Position numbers and translations under genes: made by a program. A DNA stretch of 64,000 bases, taken from positions 3,776,001-3,840,000 of the forward strand of contig OZ253580.1 in assembly GCA_965263035.1 (NCBI GenBank), in the 5' to 3' direction. Numbering within the stretch: position 1 is the first letter of the stretch; each line of letters opens with the position of its first letter. Shown here piece after piece: positions 39,941 to 49,979 of this stretch. The notes under the pieces are model-generated. The model was not told the origin of the DNA and did not search any database. It worked only from the letters and a program-made list of their open reading frames with translations. The stretch comes from Acidobacteriota bacterium (GTDB taxonomy: Bacteria > Acidobacteriota > UBA6911 > RPQK01 > JAJDTT01).

Positions 39941-41410
39941 GTGTTGTTGCTGAGAATGGCCGTCGGCCTGATGTTTCTGTTTTCGACGAACCTGCCGGCA
40001 AAGGACAAGGAGGCGCCGGCACCGCTGGACCTGGGCTCCCGGCTCGAACTCTTCGTGGACGATTTTCTCATCGAGTCCATGAAGGGGCTGGAGCAGAGAC
40101 TGCATCATCCCGTGTCCGCGGGAAAGATCCTCACCCTGGACAAACCCTGGGAAGGAGTGACCTGCGATTACCAGGTCGTCTTCAAGGATGGGGACTTCTA
40201 CCGCATGTACTACCGCGGAAGCAGTCACGAGGGCTACACCATCCCGTCGTTCCTGAAGCCGGGGGAGACGGTGGTTCCGGTGCATCCCCAGTTCGCGCTT
40301 TACGCGGAGAGCCCCGACGGCTTGACCTGGACGCGGCCGGAACTGGGGTTGGTCGAGTTCAACGGTTCCAAGCAGAACAACATCGTCCTGGAGGGAGATG
40401 GGGCCCACAATCTGGCTCCCTTCCGGGATCAGAACCCGGCAGCTACCGAGGCTCAACGTTACAAGGCGGTCGGTTCCGGCTCGCTCAACCGGAAGCCGGT
40501 CCTGTGGGGGTTCGTCTCGCCCGACGGTCTGAGATGGAGCAAGATCCAGGAGAAGCCCGTCATCACCGATGGGAAGTTCGATTCCCTGAACGTGGCCTTC
40601 TGGGACACGATCCGGAAAGAGTATGTGGCCATCTACCGGGATTTCCGGCACGGAGTCCGAACCATTCGGCACTCGACGTCACGGGATTTCGTGAACTGGA
40701 CGACGGGTGAATGGGGCCAGTTCGGAGACGTTGAGCGGGACCATCTCTACACCAACGCCACCACCCCCTATTTCCGTGCTCCCCAGATCTACCTGGCGTT
40801 CCCCCGAAGATACATCCCTTGGAAGACCCGTCTCAGCGAGTCCCCTTGGCCTGGGGCCTCGGACACGGTCTTCATGACCAGCCGCGACGGCGTCCACTGG
40901 GACCGGCGTTTCATGGAGTCGTTTATCCGTCCCGGCAGACAGCGGCGAGCCTGGATGCATCGCACCAACCTGGCGTCGTGGGGTGTCGTTCCCACGGCTC
41001 CCGATGAGATCTCGCTCTACGTGCTCCGGGAACGGGATTTTCCCTCGGTCCACTTCGAGCGCATGGTCCTCCGCACCGACGGGTTCGTCTCCCTTCGAGC
41101 CGGGTACTCAGGAGGCGAGCTGCTGACCCGTCTGTTCACCTTCGACGGCGGCGCCCTGGTGCTGAACTTCTCCACCTCGGCCGCCGGGAGCATCCGGCTG
41201 GAGTTGCAGGACATCAACGGTCATCCCGTTCCCGGCTTCTCGCTGGCCGACTCCCCGCTCATCTTCGGAGACGAAATCGAACACCATGTCGAATGGAAGC
41301 GTCCCACCGGGCAGACCGACCGGGAACCCTTGAAGCACTTGTCCGGCAAACCCTTGCGGTTGCGGTTCGTGATGAAGGACGCGGATCTCTATTCCATCCG
41401 TTTCCAGTGA
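39941..41410 (+). CDS. Secreted glycoside-hydrolase-like beta-propeller protein (paralog 2)
   Basis: ELFVDD, YRMYY, AESPDGLTW, SPDGLRW, SRDGVHW, DADLYSIRF; SD AGGAGG. Confidence 0.78.
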   Translation: MLLLRMAVGLMFLFSTNLPAKDKEAPAPLDLGSRLELFVDDFLIESMKGLEQRLHHPVSAGKILTLDKPWEGVTCDYQVVFKDGDFYRMYYRGSSHEGYTIPSFLKPGETVVPVHPQFALYAESPDGLTWTRPELGLVEFNGSKQNNIVLEGDGAHNLAPFRDQNPAATEAQRYKAVGSGSLNRKPVLWGFVSPDGLRWSKIQEKPVITDGKFDSLNVAFWDTIRKEYVAIYRDFRHGVRTIRHSTSRDFVNWTTGEWGQFGDVERDHLYTNATTPYFRAPQIYLAFPRRYIPWKTRLSESPWPGASDTVFMTSRDGVHWDRRFMESFIRPGRQRRAWMHRTNLASWGVVPTAPDEISLYVLRERDFPSVHFERMVLRTDGFVSLRAGYSGGELLTRLFTFDGGALVLNFSTSAAGSIRLELQDINGHPVPGFSLADSPLIFGDEIEHHVEWKRPTGQTDREPLKHLSGKPLRLRFVMKDADLYSIRFQ

Positions 41411-41424
41411 GGTCCCTGACATTT

Positions 41425-42258
41425 ATGGTGAGGACGGACGGCAGCGCAGTTGGAAGGGGCGGCCGCGGATCTGGTGCGGACGCGGAGCGGGCGGCTCCGT
41501 CGTTCCTTGCGAGACGCGAGTTTCTAAGGAGGAGTCTGGTGGCGGGAGGGGCCGCAACTGCCGCCGGAATTCGAATACCCCAAGCCTCCACCGCGCCGGG
41601 TCCGGTCCGGGTGCTCTGTTGGTCGGAGCGGACGGAACCCAAGGAGGTCTATCCGGAGGGGATCAGCGGGGCCATCGCCCGGCACCTCCGCTCCGTTCCC
41701 GAGGTGACAGTGCGGACTGCCTCCATTCGGGATCCGGACCAGGGGCTCGCCTCATCGGTCCTGGACGCCACCGACGTTCTGATCTGGTGGGGGCACACGA
41801 AGCACAAGGACGTCCTTTTCGACCGCGTCGCCGACGTGGTGGCCCGGGTGCGGGCGGGTCGGCTGGGGTTCATCGGGCTGCACTCGGCCCACTGGTCCAA
41901 GATGTTCAAGAGCATCCTGGAGTGCACGGGGAATCTCGGGGGTTGGAGGCACGGCGCCGGACCCGAACATCTGAAGGTGGTTGCTCCGTCGCATCCCATC
42001 GCGCGGGGTATTTCGGATTTCACCATCCCCGAGACGGAGATGTACGACGAGCCCTTCGACGTGCCACCCCCGGAGAAGGTGGTCTTGTTCGGATACTGGG
42101 CAACGGGAGAACAGTTTCGTAGCGGCTGCGTCTGGACGGTGGGCAAAGGGAGGGTCTTCTATTTTCGTCCCGGTCATGAGTCCGACCCCGTTTATTTCCA
42201 TAGGGAGCCGCTCCAAGTGGTGGCTAATGCCGTCCAATGGTGCGCCCACCGGACCTGA
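41425..42258 (+). CDS. Tat-exported ThuA-domain protein
   Basis: ARREFL; YPEGI, DVLIWWGH, GLHSAH, EMYDEPF, FRPGHE; start uncertain. Confidence 0.85.
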   Translation: MVRTDGSAVGRGGRGSGADAERAAPSFLARREFLRRSLVAGGAATAAGIRIPQASTAPGPVRVLCWSERTEPKEVYPEGISGAIARHLRSVPEVTVRTASIRDPDQGLASSVLDATDVLIWWGHTKHKDVLFDRVADVVARVRAGRLGFIGLHSAHWSKMFKSILECTGNLGGWRHGAGPEHLKVVAPSHPIARGISDFTIPETEMYDEPFDVPPPEKVVLFGYWATGEQFRSGCVWTVGKGRVFYFRPGHESDPVYFHREPLQVVANAVQWCAHRT

Positions 42259-42338
42259 TCGCGCGCTTCCGGTCCAGTCCGTGAAGCGCCGCGCATGGCG
42301 AAGGCCTGGAAGAGCTCGGCCGGCATTGGAGAAATGAC

Positions 42339-43517
42339 ATGGAATCGTGGAAACGGAAGCTGAGAATGGGGATGGTGGGAGGCGGCCAAGGGGCGTTCAT
42401 CGGGGCTGTTCACCGCATGGCCGCCGCCCTGGACCAGCAGGTGGAACTGGTGGCGGGCTGCTTCTCTCAAGATCCCGAGAATACCCGGATAACTGGAGAG
42501 CAGTTGTATGCCGATCCCGCCCGCTGCTATGCCACCTACCGGGAGATGGCGGCCCGGGAAGCTGAGTTGCCGGCGGACAAGCGGATCGATTTTGTCAGCG
42601 TCGTGACGCCCAACGCCTCCCATTTCGACATCTCACGGACCTTTTTGGAGGCGGGCATCCACGTCGTGTGCGACAAGCCCATGACCTACTCCCTGGCGGA
42701 GGCGGACGAGTTGTGCCGCCTGGTGGAGCGGACGGGCCGGGTCTTCGGCCTGACCCACAACTACACCGGACACCCGCTGATCCGGCACGCCCGCCAGTTG
42801 TTCCGTTCCGGCCAGATGGGCACGGTGCGCAAGGTCATCGTCGAGTATCTGCAGGATTTTCTGTCGGTCCCGCACGAAAAGCTGGGGCAAAAACAGGCCT
42901 CGTGGCGGGTGGACCCGGCCCAGGCGGGGGTGGGCGGGACGCTGGGGGATCTGGGAACCCACTGTCTGAACCTGCTGGAGTACGTGACCGGTGACCCGGT
43001 GACCTCGATCTGCGCCGACACGAGCACCTTTCTCCCCGACCGGACTCTGGACGAGGATGCCAATATTCTCTTGAGGCTCAAAGGGGGCGGCAAGGGTGTC
43101 TTGACGATCAGTCAAATCGCCACCGGCGAGGAGAACGGATTGCGGCTCAGAGTGTATGGCTCGGAGGGAGCCATCCTCTGGGAGCAGGAGGATCCGAACC
43201 GGATGGGATTCTACCGCTACGGCCAGCCCAAGCGGATCCTGACCCGGGGACGCGGCGAGTACCTGGACGAAGCGGCCGGAGCCGTGACCCGTATCCCGCC
43301 GGGGCATCCCGAGGGGTACCTGGAGGCCTTCGCCACCATCTACTGCGGCGCCGTCGAGGCGATCCGGCGGCATCTGGAGGGCGCGCCGCTGAAACCGGAA
43401 GAGTACGACTGTCCCAACGTCTATGACGGGCGCCGGGGGCTGGAGTTCATCCACAAGGCAGTGGAGTCCAGCGGCCGGGGCGGGGTCTGGGTCGAGATGT
43501 CTGAGGGGGCGCCGTGA
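42339..43517 (+). CDS. Gfo/Idh/MocA oxidoreductase (no export signal)
   Basis: GMVGGGQGAFIGAVHR, CDKP, GDLGTH, GHPEGYLEAF. Confidence 0.92.
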   Translation: MESWKRKLRMGMVGGGQGAFIGAVHRMAAALDQQVELVAGCFSQDPENTRITGEQLYADPARCYATYREMAAREAELPADKRIDFVSVVTPNASHFDISRTFLEAGIHVVCDKPMTYSLAEADELCRLVERTGRVFGLTHNYTGHPLIRHARQLFRSGQMGTVRKVIVEYLQDFLSVPHEKLGQKQASWRVDPAQAGVGGTLGDLGTHCLNLLEYVTGDPVTSICADTSTFLPDRTLDEDANILLRLKGGGKGVLTISQIATGEENGLRLRVYGSEGAILWEQEDPNRMGFYRYGQPKRILTRGRGEYLDEAAGAVTRIPPGHPEGYLEAFATIYCGAVEAIRRHLEGAPLKPEEYDCPNVYDGRRGLEFIHKAVESSGRGGVWVEMSEGAP

Positions 43518-44779
43518 AGACAACATTGGTTTCCGGATTGCTGGGTCTGTTGCTGGCCGTTCCGTCCTCCCCCGCGTTGCGCGCCGGAGAGCCGGAACCG
43601 GGCTTCGTCTCTCTTTTCAACGGCCGGGATCTGACCGGATGGAGGACGATCAAACAGAGGAATCAGGGCTGGCTGGTCCGGGACGGCCTTCTGATCTGTC
43701 CCGAAGGGGAGGGGGCCAAGCTCCTGACGGAGAAGGAATACGCCGACTTCATTCTGCGCTTCGAGTTCAAGCTGCGGCCGGGAGGCAACAATGGCGTCGG
43801 TGTCCGCACTCCCCTGGATGGGCACGCTTCCATCGACGGCATGGAGATCCAGATTCTGGACAACACGGCGCCCAAGTACGCCGGGATCAGGCCATATCAG
43901 GCCCACGGCTCGGTCTACGGCCTGGTGCCGGCCCGCCGCGGCGCGCTGGCGCCGGTGGGAGAATGGAACCGGCAGGAGATCGCGCTCCTGGGTCGTCGGG
44001 TGAAGGTCACGCTCAATGGAACGGTGATCGTCAGCGCCAACCTGAACGACGTCCGCGACGCCGAGGTTCTCCAAAGGCATCCGGGAATGATGCGCTCCCG
44101 GGGGCACGTGGGTCTCCTGGGGCATTCCACTCACGTGGAGTTTCGAAACATCCGCATCAAGGACCTGGGTGGGGAACAGCCGGACAATCTGGCTCCCGAG
44201 GGTTTTCAGGCCCTGTTCAACGGCATGGACCTGGAGGGCTGGAAAGGCTTGGTGGCCAATCCCAAGAAACGGGCCGCCATGGACCCGGCGGAACTGGCGG
44301 CGGCCCAGCGCGAGGCGGACGCCAAAATGCGGAAGTATTGGACGGTCGAAGAGGGTGTGCTGCTCTTCGACGGCAAGGGCGGCAGCCTCTGCAGCCGCCA
44401 GGACTTTCGAGACTTCGAATTGTGGGTCGACTGGAAGATCGAGCCCAAGGGAGACAGCGGCATCTACCTGCGAGGGAGTCCCCAGATTCAGATCTGGGCA
44501 GACCCCGAGGGCTCAGGGGCCATTTGGAACAACAAGGAGAACCCGTCCAAGCCCAAGTTGGCGGCCGACAATCCGGTGGGGGAGTGGAACCGGTTCCGGA
44601 TTCTTATGTCCGGCGACAAGGTGACCGTCTGGCTCAACCACCGCCTGGTGGTCCATAAGACCACCATGGAGAACTACTGGGAACGGGACAAGCCCCTCTA
44701 TCCCACGGGCGCCATCGAACTCCAGGCCCACGGGAACCCTCTCTACTTCAAGAACGTCTACGTCCGCCGGCTCGACTGA
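43514..44779 (+). CDS. Tandem DUF1080 (3-keto-disaccharide hydrolase-like) secreted protein
   Basis: Signal peptide; two repeats of LFNG-DL-GW / GEWN / F-N. Confidence 0.9.
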   Translation: MKTTLVSGLLGLLLAVPSSPALRAGEPEPGFVSLFNGRDLTGWRTIKQRNQGWLVRDGLLICPEGEGAKLLTEKEYADFILRFEFKLRPGGNNGVGVRTPLDGHASIDGMEIQILDNTAPKYAGIRPYQAHGSVYGLVPARRGALAPVGEWNRQEIALLGRRVKVTLNGTVIVSANLNDVRDAEVLQRHPGMMRSRGHVGLLGHSTHVEFRNIRIKDLGGEQPDNLAPEGFQALFNGMDLEGWKGLVANPKKRAAMDPAELAAAQREADAKMRKYWTVEEGVLLFDGKGGSLCSRQDFRDFELWVDWKIEPKGDSGIYLRGSPQIQIWADPEGSGAIWNNKENPSKPKLAADNPVGEWNRFRILMSGDKVTVWLNHRLVVHKTTMENYWERDKPLYPTGAIELQAHGNPLYFKNVYVRRLD

Positions 44780-44781
44780 AA

Positions 44782-45387
44782 TCAGGATTCGGGTGCCACG
44801 GCGTTGCGGACCAGAGCGTGAAGGGATTTCGGCAGCGTTCCGGCCACCGCCAGGGCTGCCTCACGACCCTGCGAGGACATCTTTCGCCAAGTCTTACGAA
44901 GGATGTCGGCCAGCTTGGCGTCGTCGTGCATCCGGGAGAATGCCTCGAACTCGTTCTCCAGGAAGACCAGGCAGACGGCATCCTCCAAAAGCTGCGACTC
45001 CGGGTCCAGCTTGAGGCGCAGTTTCCGGAGCAGGGCCTGGACCCGTCCGGTGGTGATCTCGCCGTATCCCGCCTCGCCGAGTATGCGTCCCGCCTCTTGG
45101 GCGTGGTATTGGGCGAGAGTCTTCCGCCACCGTCTGTAGCCGGCTCCCCCCAGCGGATAGCGATCACGGGGAATGGTCCAGCGTCGGATGTGCTGGCAAT
45201 GGGCCGCCAACACCAGCGCTTCCGAGGCCTCCGGCTCCAGCCGGAGGACCCACGCCACGAGCCGGCGGTGGTAGTGGACGGACCAGGGGACCGGTCCACC
45301 TTCCGTCTCCACGGTGACCGGATCTTCGCAATGGGCCTCGTGGAACCGGGCGACAGCCAACTGGAAACGAGAGTCGTCGACAGACAT
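44782..45387 (-). CDS. DUF4202 family protein
   Basis: EDP, CQHIRRW, GYRRWR, LEDAVCLVFL, KTWRKMS. Confidence 0.88.
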   Translation of the reverse strand: MSVDDSRFQLAVARFHEAHCEDPVTVETEGGPVPWSVHYHRRLVAWVLRLEPEASEALVLAAHCQHIRRWTIPRDRYPLGGAGYRRWRKTLAQYHAQEAGRILGEAGYGEITTGRVQALLRKLRLKLDPESQLLEDAVCLVFLENEFEAFSRMHDDAKLADILRKTWRKMSSQGREAALAVAGTLPKSLHALVRNAVAPES

Positions 45388-45474
45388 TGCCCGAAGACTA
45401 TATCAAGCCCGACTTCTCCTTCACCAAGGGGTACGAATCCGCGCCTCGGCGGGCAATTCTGTCCGGGTGTCGCC

Positions 45475-46701
45475 TCAATAGGACACCAGGTGAGGCCGGA
45501 GGGCATCCTCGTCGAATTCCACGCCCAGGCCGGGCCGGTCGGGCACCAGCAAGGCTCCCTCCTGAAATACCAGAGGATCCTTGAGGACGTCGTTGCGCCA
45601 GGGAATGCGGCTGGGGGCGATCCACTCCAGAATGAGCGGGTTGGGAATGGCGGCCATGACATGGGCGGCGGCCATGGTCCCGACCGGTCCCTTGGTGTTG
45701 TGCGGCGCGATTGAGACCTGATGGGTCTCGGCCAGCGCACAGACTTTCTTCATCTCGGTGATGCCGCCGATGTAGACGGGGTCGGGTTGCGCCACGTCGA
45801 CGGCGCCGGCCCGGAAGAAGTCGTTGAAACGGTGCTTGTTGGTCAGGCGTTCGGAGCCCGCGATGGGGGTCAGGGTGCCTTGCCGCACTTGTGCGTATCC
45901 GGCGGGATCCTCGGGGATGGTAGGTTCTTCCAAAAACAGCAGGCGATAGGGTTCCAGAAGACGGGCGACCTCCAGTGCGGCGCCGGGAGCGAAGGCGGCA
46001 TGGGGGTCGTCCATCAGCAGCACGTCTTCCCCCAGGAACCGGCGAAGGGCCGAATATCGCCGGTCGATGTTCCTCAACTCTTGACGGCTGATCCCCGGAC
46101 CACCAGCCTCCTGGATGCTGATGCTTGACTTGAGCGCCTTGAAACCTTCGTCCAGGACCCTCCGAGCATTGTCTACCAGCGTGTCCTCGTCCTTTCCGCC
46201 GAAGTGGGAATAGACCGGAACGCGGGCGGAACGGGGTCCGCCCAGAAGGGTGCAGACGGGGGCTCCCAGGGCCTTCCCCTTCAGGTCCCAAAGGGCTTGG
46301 TCGATGCCGCTGATGGCGCTGGTGAAGATGATCCCTCCGGTTCGATACGCGGTGCCGCCGCCGGAGTAGAGGTCCCGATAGATGCCTTCGATATCGAGGG
46401 CATCCCGGCCCAGGAGGTAGGGCCTGAGTTCCTCGACCATGCGGGCGACCACCGTCTCCTTCCGGCTGTAGGTCGCCTCGCCGATGCCGGTGAGGCCTTC
46501 CCTCGTGTGGACCCGCACGTGGGTCCACTTGCGCCCGCAGTCGGACTGGACCAGCTGAACGGTGATGTCCCGGATCGGCAATGAGACGCCGGGCCGGGCC
46601 GTTGAAGCCCGGCCGCGAGCCACGCCGGAACCGCGCGCGACAAGCCCCCACATGCCGGACCCGAATCCTGCCGTCTGCAGAAGAAACCGTCTTCGGTTCA
46701 T
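45475..46701 (-). CDS. Tat-exported mandelate racemase/galactonate dehydratase-like enzyme
   Basis: MNRRRFLL; SGIDQALWDLKGK, DPH, EEP, SE, QPD, APHN, PGLGVE. Confidence 0.88.
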   Translation of the reverse strand: MNRRRFLLQTAGFGSGMWGLVARGSGVARGRASTARPGVSLPIRDITVQLVQSDCGRKWTHVRVHTREGLTGIGEATYSRKETVVARMVEELRPYLLGRDALDIEGIYRDLYSGGGTAYRTGGIIFTSAISGIDQALWDLKGKALGAPVCTLLGGPRSARVPVYSHFGGKDEDTLVDNARRVLDEGFKALKSSISIQEAGGPGISRQELRNIDRRYSALRRFLGEDVLLMDDPHAAFAPGAALEVARLLEPYRLLFLEEPTIPEDPAGYAQVRQGTLTPIAGSERLTNKHRFNDFFRAGAVDVAQPDPVYIGGITEMKKVCALAETHQVSIAPHNTKGPVGTMAAAHVMAAIPNPLILEWIAPSRIPWRNDVLKDPLVFQEGALLVPDRPGLGVEFDEDALRPHLVSY

Positions 46702-46753
46702 GGTGGAAATCTCTCTGGCCGATGGTTCATAGCGCGAAGATCCTCCCCCGGCT

Positions 46754-48460
46754 TCACGACGGTTCGATACGGTCGGCTCCCTCGATTTCTTCGGGACGGG
46801 CGAAGCTCCGATACCGCGTCTGGATCTCAACTCCGCTGACGAAGCGGGTCCAACTCGCCGTCGGCGTCAGCGTCCGGACCAGGATCTCGACCGTGTTCTC
46901 TCCCTTTTTCAGAAGATCCGGATCCAGCTTCGTCCGAAGCCAGTGGGCGGCAAAACCGGACGGCGCCTCGATGGGCCGGCGCAGGCGGACCGGAATTCGA
47001 AGTGCACGTTCATCCGTCACTTCGAAGCGCTCCAAGGGCAGAAGCCGTCCGTTGAAGCGGATCCGGATCTCGTCCTCCACCGGGAAGTTCTGAAGCCGGA
47101 GGGTGAGCCGGGGTCTCCTCAGCTCGCCGTCTCTCTCCGCTTCCTTCAGATCGTCGGCGACCTGAAGCGTCAATCTAACCCGCTCGCCTTCCTTCAGTGC
47201 GAGTGGAAGCACCCGTTTCGGCGGTGGATCGGTGAAGGTCCCGGCTCCTTCCACCGGCTGGAGAAAGTACCGCTTGCCCTCTCGTCGGTACGTCTCCGGA
47301 TAGGCCATCTCCCGGAGGATCTGATGCTCCTTGCGAGCCAGGGGCCAGCGCAGGTAGCCGAGATAAAGGCCGGCAGCTCCCTGGGCCCTGAGGGTCTGCC
47401 CCAGGGCTCTGTACATCTCGATGGTGGGGCGGGGCGTCCTTTCGTCATAGACTCTCAAGGGAGGGCGGGCATAGACTCCGGCCCTTCCCCCCGACGCCTC
47501 CACCAGCCACCCGACGTCCACGGCCGGCTCGAAGAGTTGGTCCGAGACCTGGCCCACCACCAGATCCAGATCGCCCTGCCGGAGCCACGCTTCGACGTCG
47601 AGGCCCACCTTGAGGTTCTCTTCCTCCCGGTGGAACACGCGGGCGCTGACGGTGACGGGTCGATTCTGGCTGCGGCCGACCTCGTCGGCCAGCCCGCGGA
47701 TCTGGCTCACGAAGCGGTTCATGACGGGGATGTTCTTCTCCACTTCCCGCTTCTTGAAGTAGGAGGCGAAGAACATGAAGTCCAGCTCGATGCCGTCGGC
47801 TCGGTAATCTTCCAGAACCTCCCGGACCATGGCCAACCTGTCCTCCCTGACGCTTTCCAGGGAGAAGTCATAGCAGTACTCGAAACCGGAGTGCCTCTCG
47901 TCCGTCTCCCCGACGCAAACGGACTTTCCCCGTTTCCACTTGAGCCAGCCGCAGCGCTGGGAGCCGGGCCGGTTCCCGTCCTGGAGCTTGAGGCTGGGAA
48001 GGACCGGCAGGCTCTCCTCGCGTCCCCGGCGGATCACCTCCCGCAACTGGTCCGTCCCCAGCTTCCTGGCGTCCCGCACCATACACATGATTCGCCAGTC
48101 GATGATGTGTTCCCAGGTCTGCTTCTCCTGTCCCACGACGCGTCCGACCTTGCTGTCGTGGAAATACACGTCGCCGTAACCCAGCCCCAGGACCAGCATT
48201 CCCACTCCGGTTCCCAGCACCTCGTCCACCGGCCGCTGGAGCTGCAAGCGGCTCACCGGGGGATCGATCCTCTTGGCATGGAAGTGGTGGGCGTCGTTGT
48301 AGTAAATGAGGCGGGGCAGCATCCGGTCGGCGCCATCCGCGTGGGCCGGAACTTCGGGTTCCGGCTTGCCGGCGGAGGCCCGGCGCGATGCTACCATCGA
48401 GGTGGCCGCCACCCCCGGCCCCACTCCCACGAATCGTCTCCGGGTCCAGTTCGGTTTCAT
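46754..48460 (-). CDS. Tat-exported glycoside-hydrolase-like TIM-barrel protein
   Basis: TRRRFVG; IYYNDA, YDFS-VRE, DGIELDF, GLDVEAWL; C-terminal beta domain. Confidence 0.7.
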   Translation of the reverse strand: MKPNWTRRRFVGVGPGVAATSMVASRRASAGKPEPEVPAHADGADRMLPRLIYYNDAHHFHAKRIDPPVSRLQLQRPVDEVLGTGVGMLVLGLGYGDVYFHDSKVGRVVGQEKQTWEHIIDWRIMCMVRDARKLGTDQLREVIRRGREESLPVLPSLKLQDGNRPGSQRCGWLKWKRGKSVCVGETDERHSGFEYCYDFSLESVREDRLAMVREVLEDYRADGIELDFMFFASYFKKREVEKNIPVMNRFVSQIRGLADEVGRSQNRPVTVSARVFHREEENLKVGLDVEAWLRQGDLDLVVGQVSDQLFEPAVDVGWLVEASGGRAGVYARPPLRVYDERTPRPTIEMYRALGQTLRAQGAAGLYLGYLRWPLARKEHQILREMAYPETYRREGKRYFLQPVEGAGTFTDPPPKRVLPLALKEGERVRLTLQVADDLKEAERDGELRRPRLTLRLQNFPVEDEIRIRFNGRLLPLERFEVTDERALRIPVRLRRPIEAPSGFAAHWLRTKLDPDLLKKGENTVEILVRTLTPTASWTRFVSGVEIQTRYRSFARPEEIEGADRIEPS

Positions 48461-48494
48461 GGTCACGGGGCTCCTGTAGCCATGGCGCCGGATT

Positions 48495-49784
48495 TTATCC
48501 TTGAGGATCCCGTTTCCAGCCTTCCATCTGCTCCCGGTACCACTCTTCCCCGTGCACTTCCTTCTTGTTGTGGTACCGGCTGATGTGGGGGAGGATCTTC
48601 TGCTCCCGGTCCCGAACCGGAAGTCGAACGGGAGCGTAGCCCTGGCGGTGCGACTGGCGCAACGCAATGCCCAACTCCAGGGCCAGCCGCAGGTCGTCTC
48701 CGCTGGTTCGCGGCGGGATTCCCTGTTCCAGGGCATCCACCAGGGACTGGACTCCGGCCATCTGACGGGTACCGGGGTGCCGCCATCCTTCCGCGTCATA
48801 ATTCCGCTGCCCGAGTCCCGAATCCGGGTACAGGCCCTGGATCTCCTCCAGGCTGTCCCGACGCCGGGGATCCTTGGCACTGGCCTTCATCCGGTAGAGG
48901 CGAAACGTGTACCAGTCGCTCAAAAAGACCCCTTTGCTGCAGAGCACCTCGATTCCCATGCGAGCCACCGGCTGGTTGTGGATGAAGCATTCGATGCCGT
49001 TGCTGAAGCGGACGGTTCCGCCCATGCCCTGGTCCTGGTCGCTGAAGGGATCTCCCCGGGTCCAGCCGCACACCCACTCCACGGGTGCATCCCGGGCGAA
49101 CAGCCTCATGACGCTCAGCCCCTGGCACCCGCCCCCGGAGATCTCGTTGGTGGACTGGTAGAGGTTCAAGCCGCGGACTTCGCCCAACTCCCCGGATTCC
49201 AAGGCTTCTCGAGCCTGCCAGAACTGGGGAAAGTTACGGTACATATCGCCGCCGGCGAAGACGATTTCCTTTCTCTTGCAGGCTTCGACCATCTCGTCCG
49301 CCTGCCGTAGACCGGCGGAAATCGGTTTCTCGCAGTAGATCGCCTTGACCGGGAACTCCGTACACCCTACAACCACACCCGGGTTGGCTTTCACCGGAAG
49401 GATAGGCGAGACGATGTCCACCTTCTCCCGGGCCAGCATCTCCCTGTAATCCCTGTATCCCGGAACGCCGAACCTTCTGGTGAAAAGTTCCAGGTTCTCC
49501 GGGTCGATATCAGCAGCGGCCACCACCTTGGTCCTGGGATGGAGCACATAGCCCCTGGCGTAGCCGGTCCCCTTGCGGCCGCATCCCACGATGGCGGCCC
49601 GGTACGGGGACCCTGTCGCGGGCACAGCGGCCGGGAGGGAGGACTCTCGCGAGGCGACCGCGAACAAGGATACTCCTCCGGCCCGGAGGAATTCGCGCCG
49701 GTTCTGACCCGAAGCCTCCCGGGAAGAGGTCTCGATGTCTTGAGCCCCGGTCGCGCCAACGACGGAAAAGTCATTCGGCCTCAT
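48495..49784 (-). CDS. Tat-exported Gfo/Idh/MocA oxidoreductase
   Basis: NRREFLR; IVGCGRKG, YCEKP; start uncertain. Confidence 0.85.
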   Translation of the reverse strand: MRPNDFSVVGATGAQDIETSSREASGQNRREFLRAGGVSLFAVASRESSLPAAVPATGSPYRAAIVGCGRKGTGYARGYVLHPRTKVVAAADIDPENLELFTRRFGVPGYRDYREMLAREKVDIVSPILPVKANPGVVVGCTEFPVKAIYCEKPISAGLRQADEMVEACKRKEIVFAGGDMYRNFPQFWQAREALESGELGEVRGLNLYQSTNEISGGGCQGLSVMRLFARDAPVEWVCGWTRGDPFSDQDQGMGGTVRFSNGIECFIHNQPVARMGIEVLCSKGVFLSDWYTFRLYRMKASAKDPRRRDSLEEIQGLYPDSGLGQRNYDAEGWRHPGTRQMAGVQSLVDALEQGIPPRTSGDDLRLALELGIALRQSHRQGYAPVRLPVRDREQKILPHISRYHNKKEVHGEEWYREQMEGWKRDPQG

Positions 49785-49979
49785 GACTGCACCCCGTGGT
49801 TGATCGAGCTGTTCGCCGGATCGTCTGGAAACCTCTGCCAGACTGGAATTCCTGACTGGTTCAAGAGAGTACCCATGGCCTTGGTCTGTTGGCAAATCCG
49901 GAGGCTGTCCTGCGCCCGAGTGCGCGGAAGATGGCCAACCTGTCCTGGCCCCGGGGAATGCGGGAAGACGGGAAATGGT

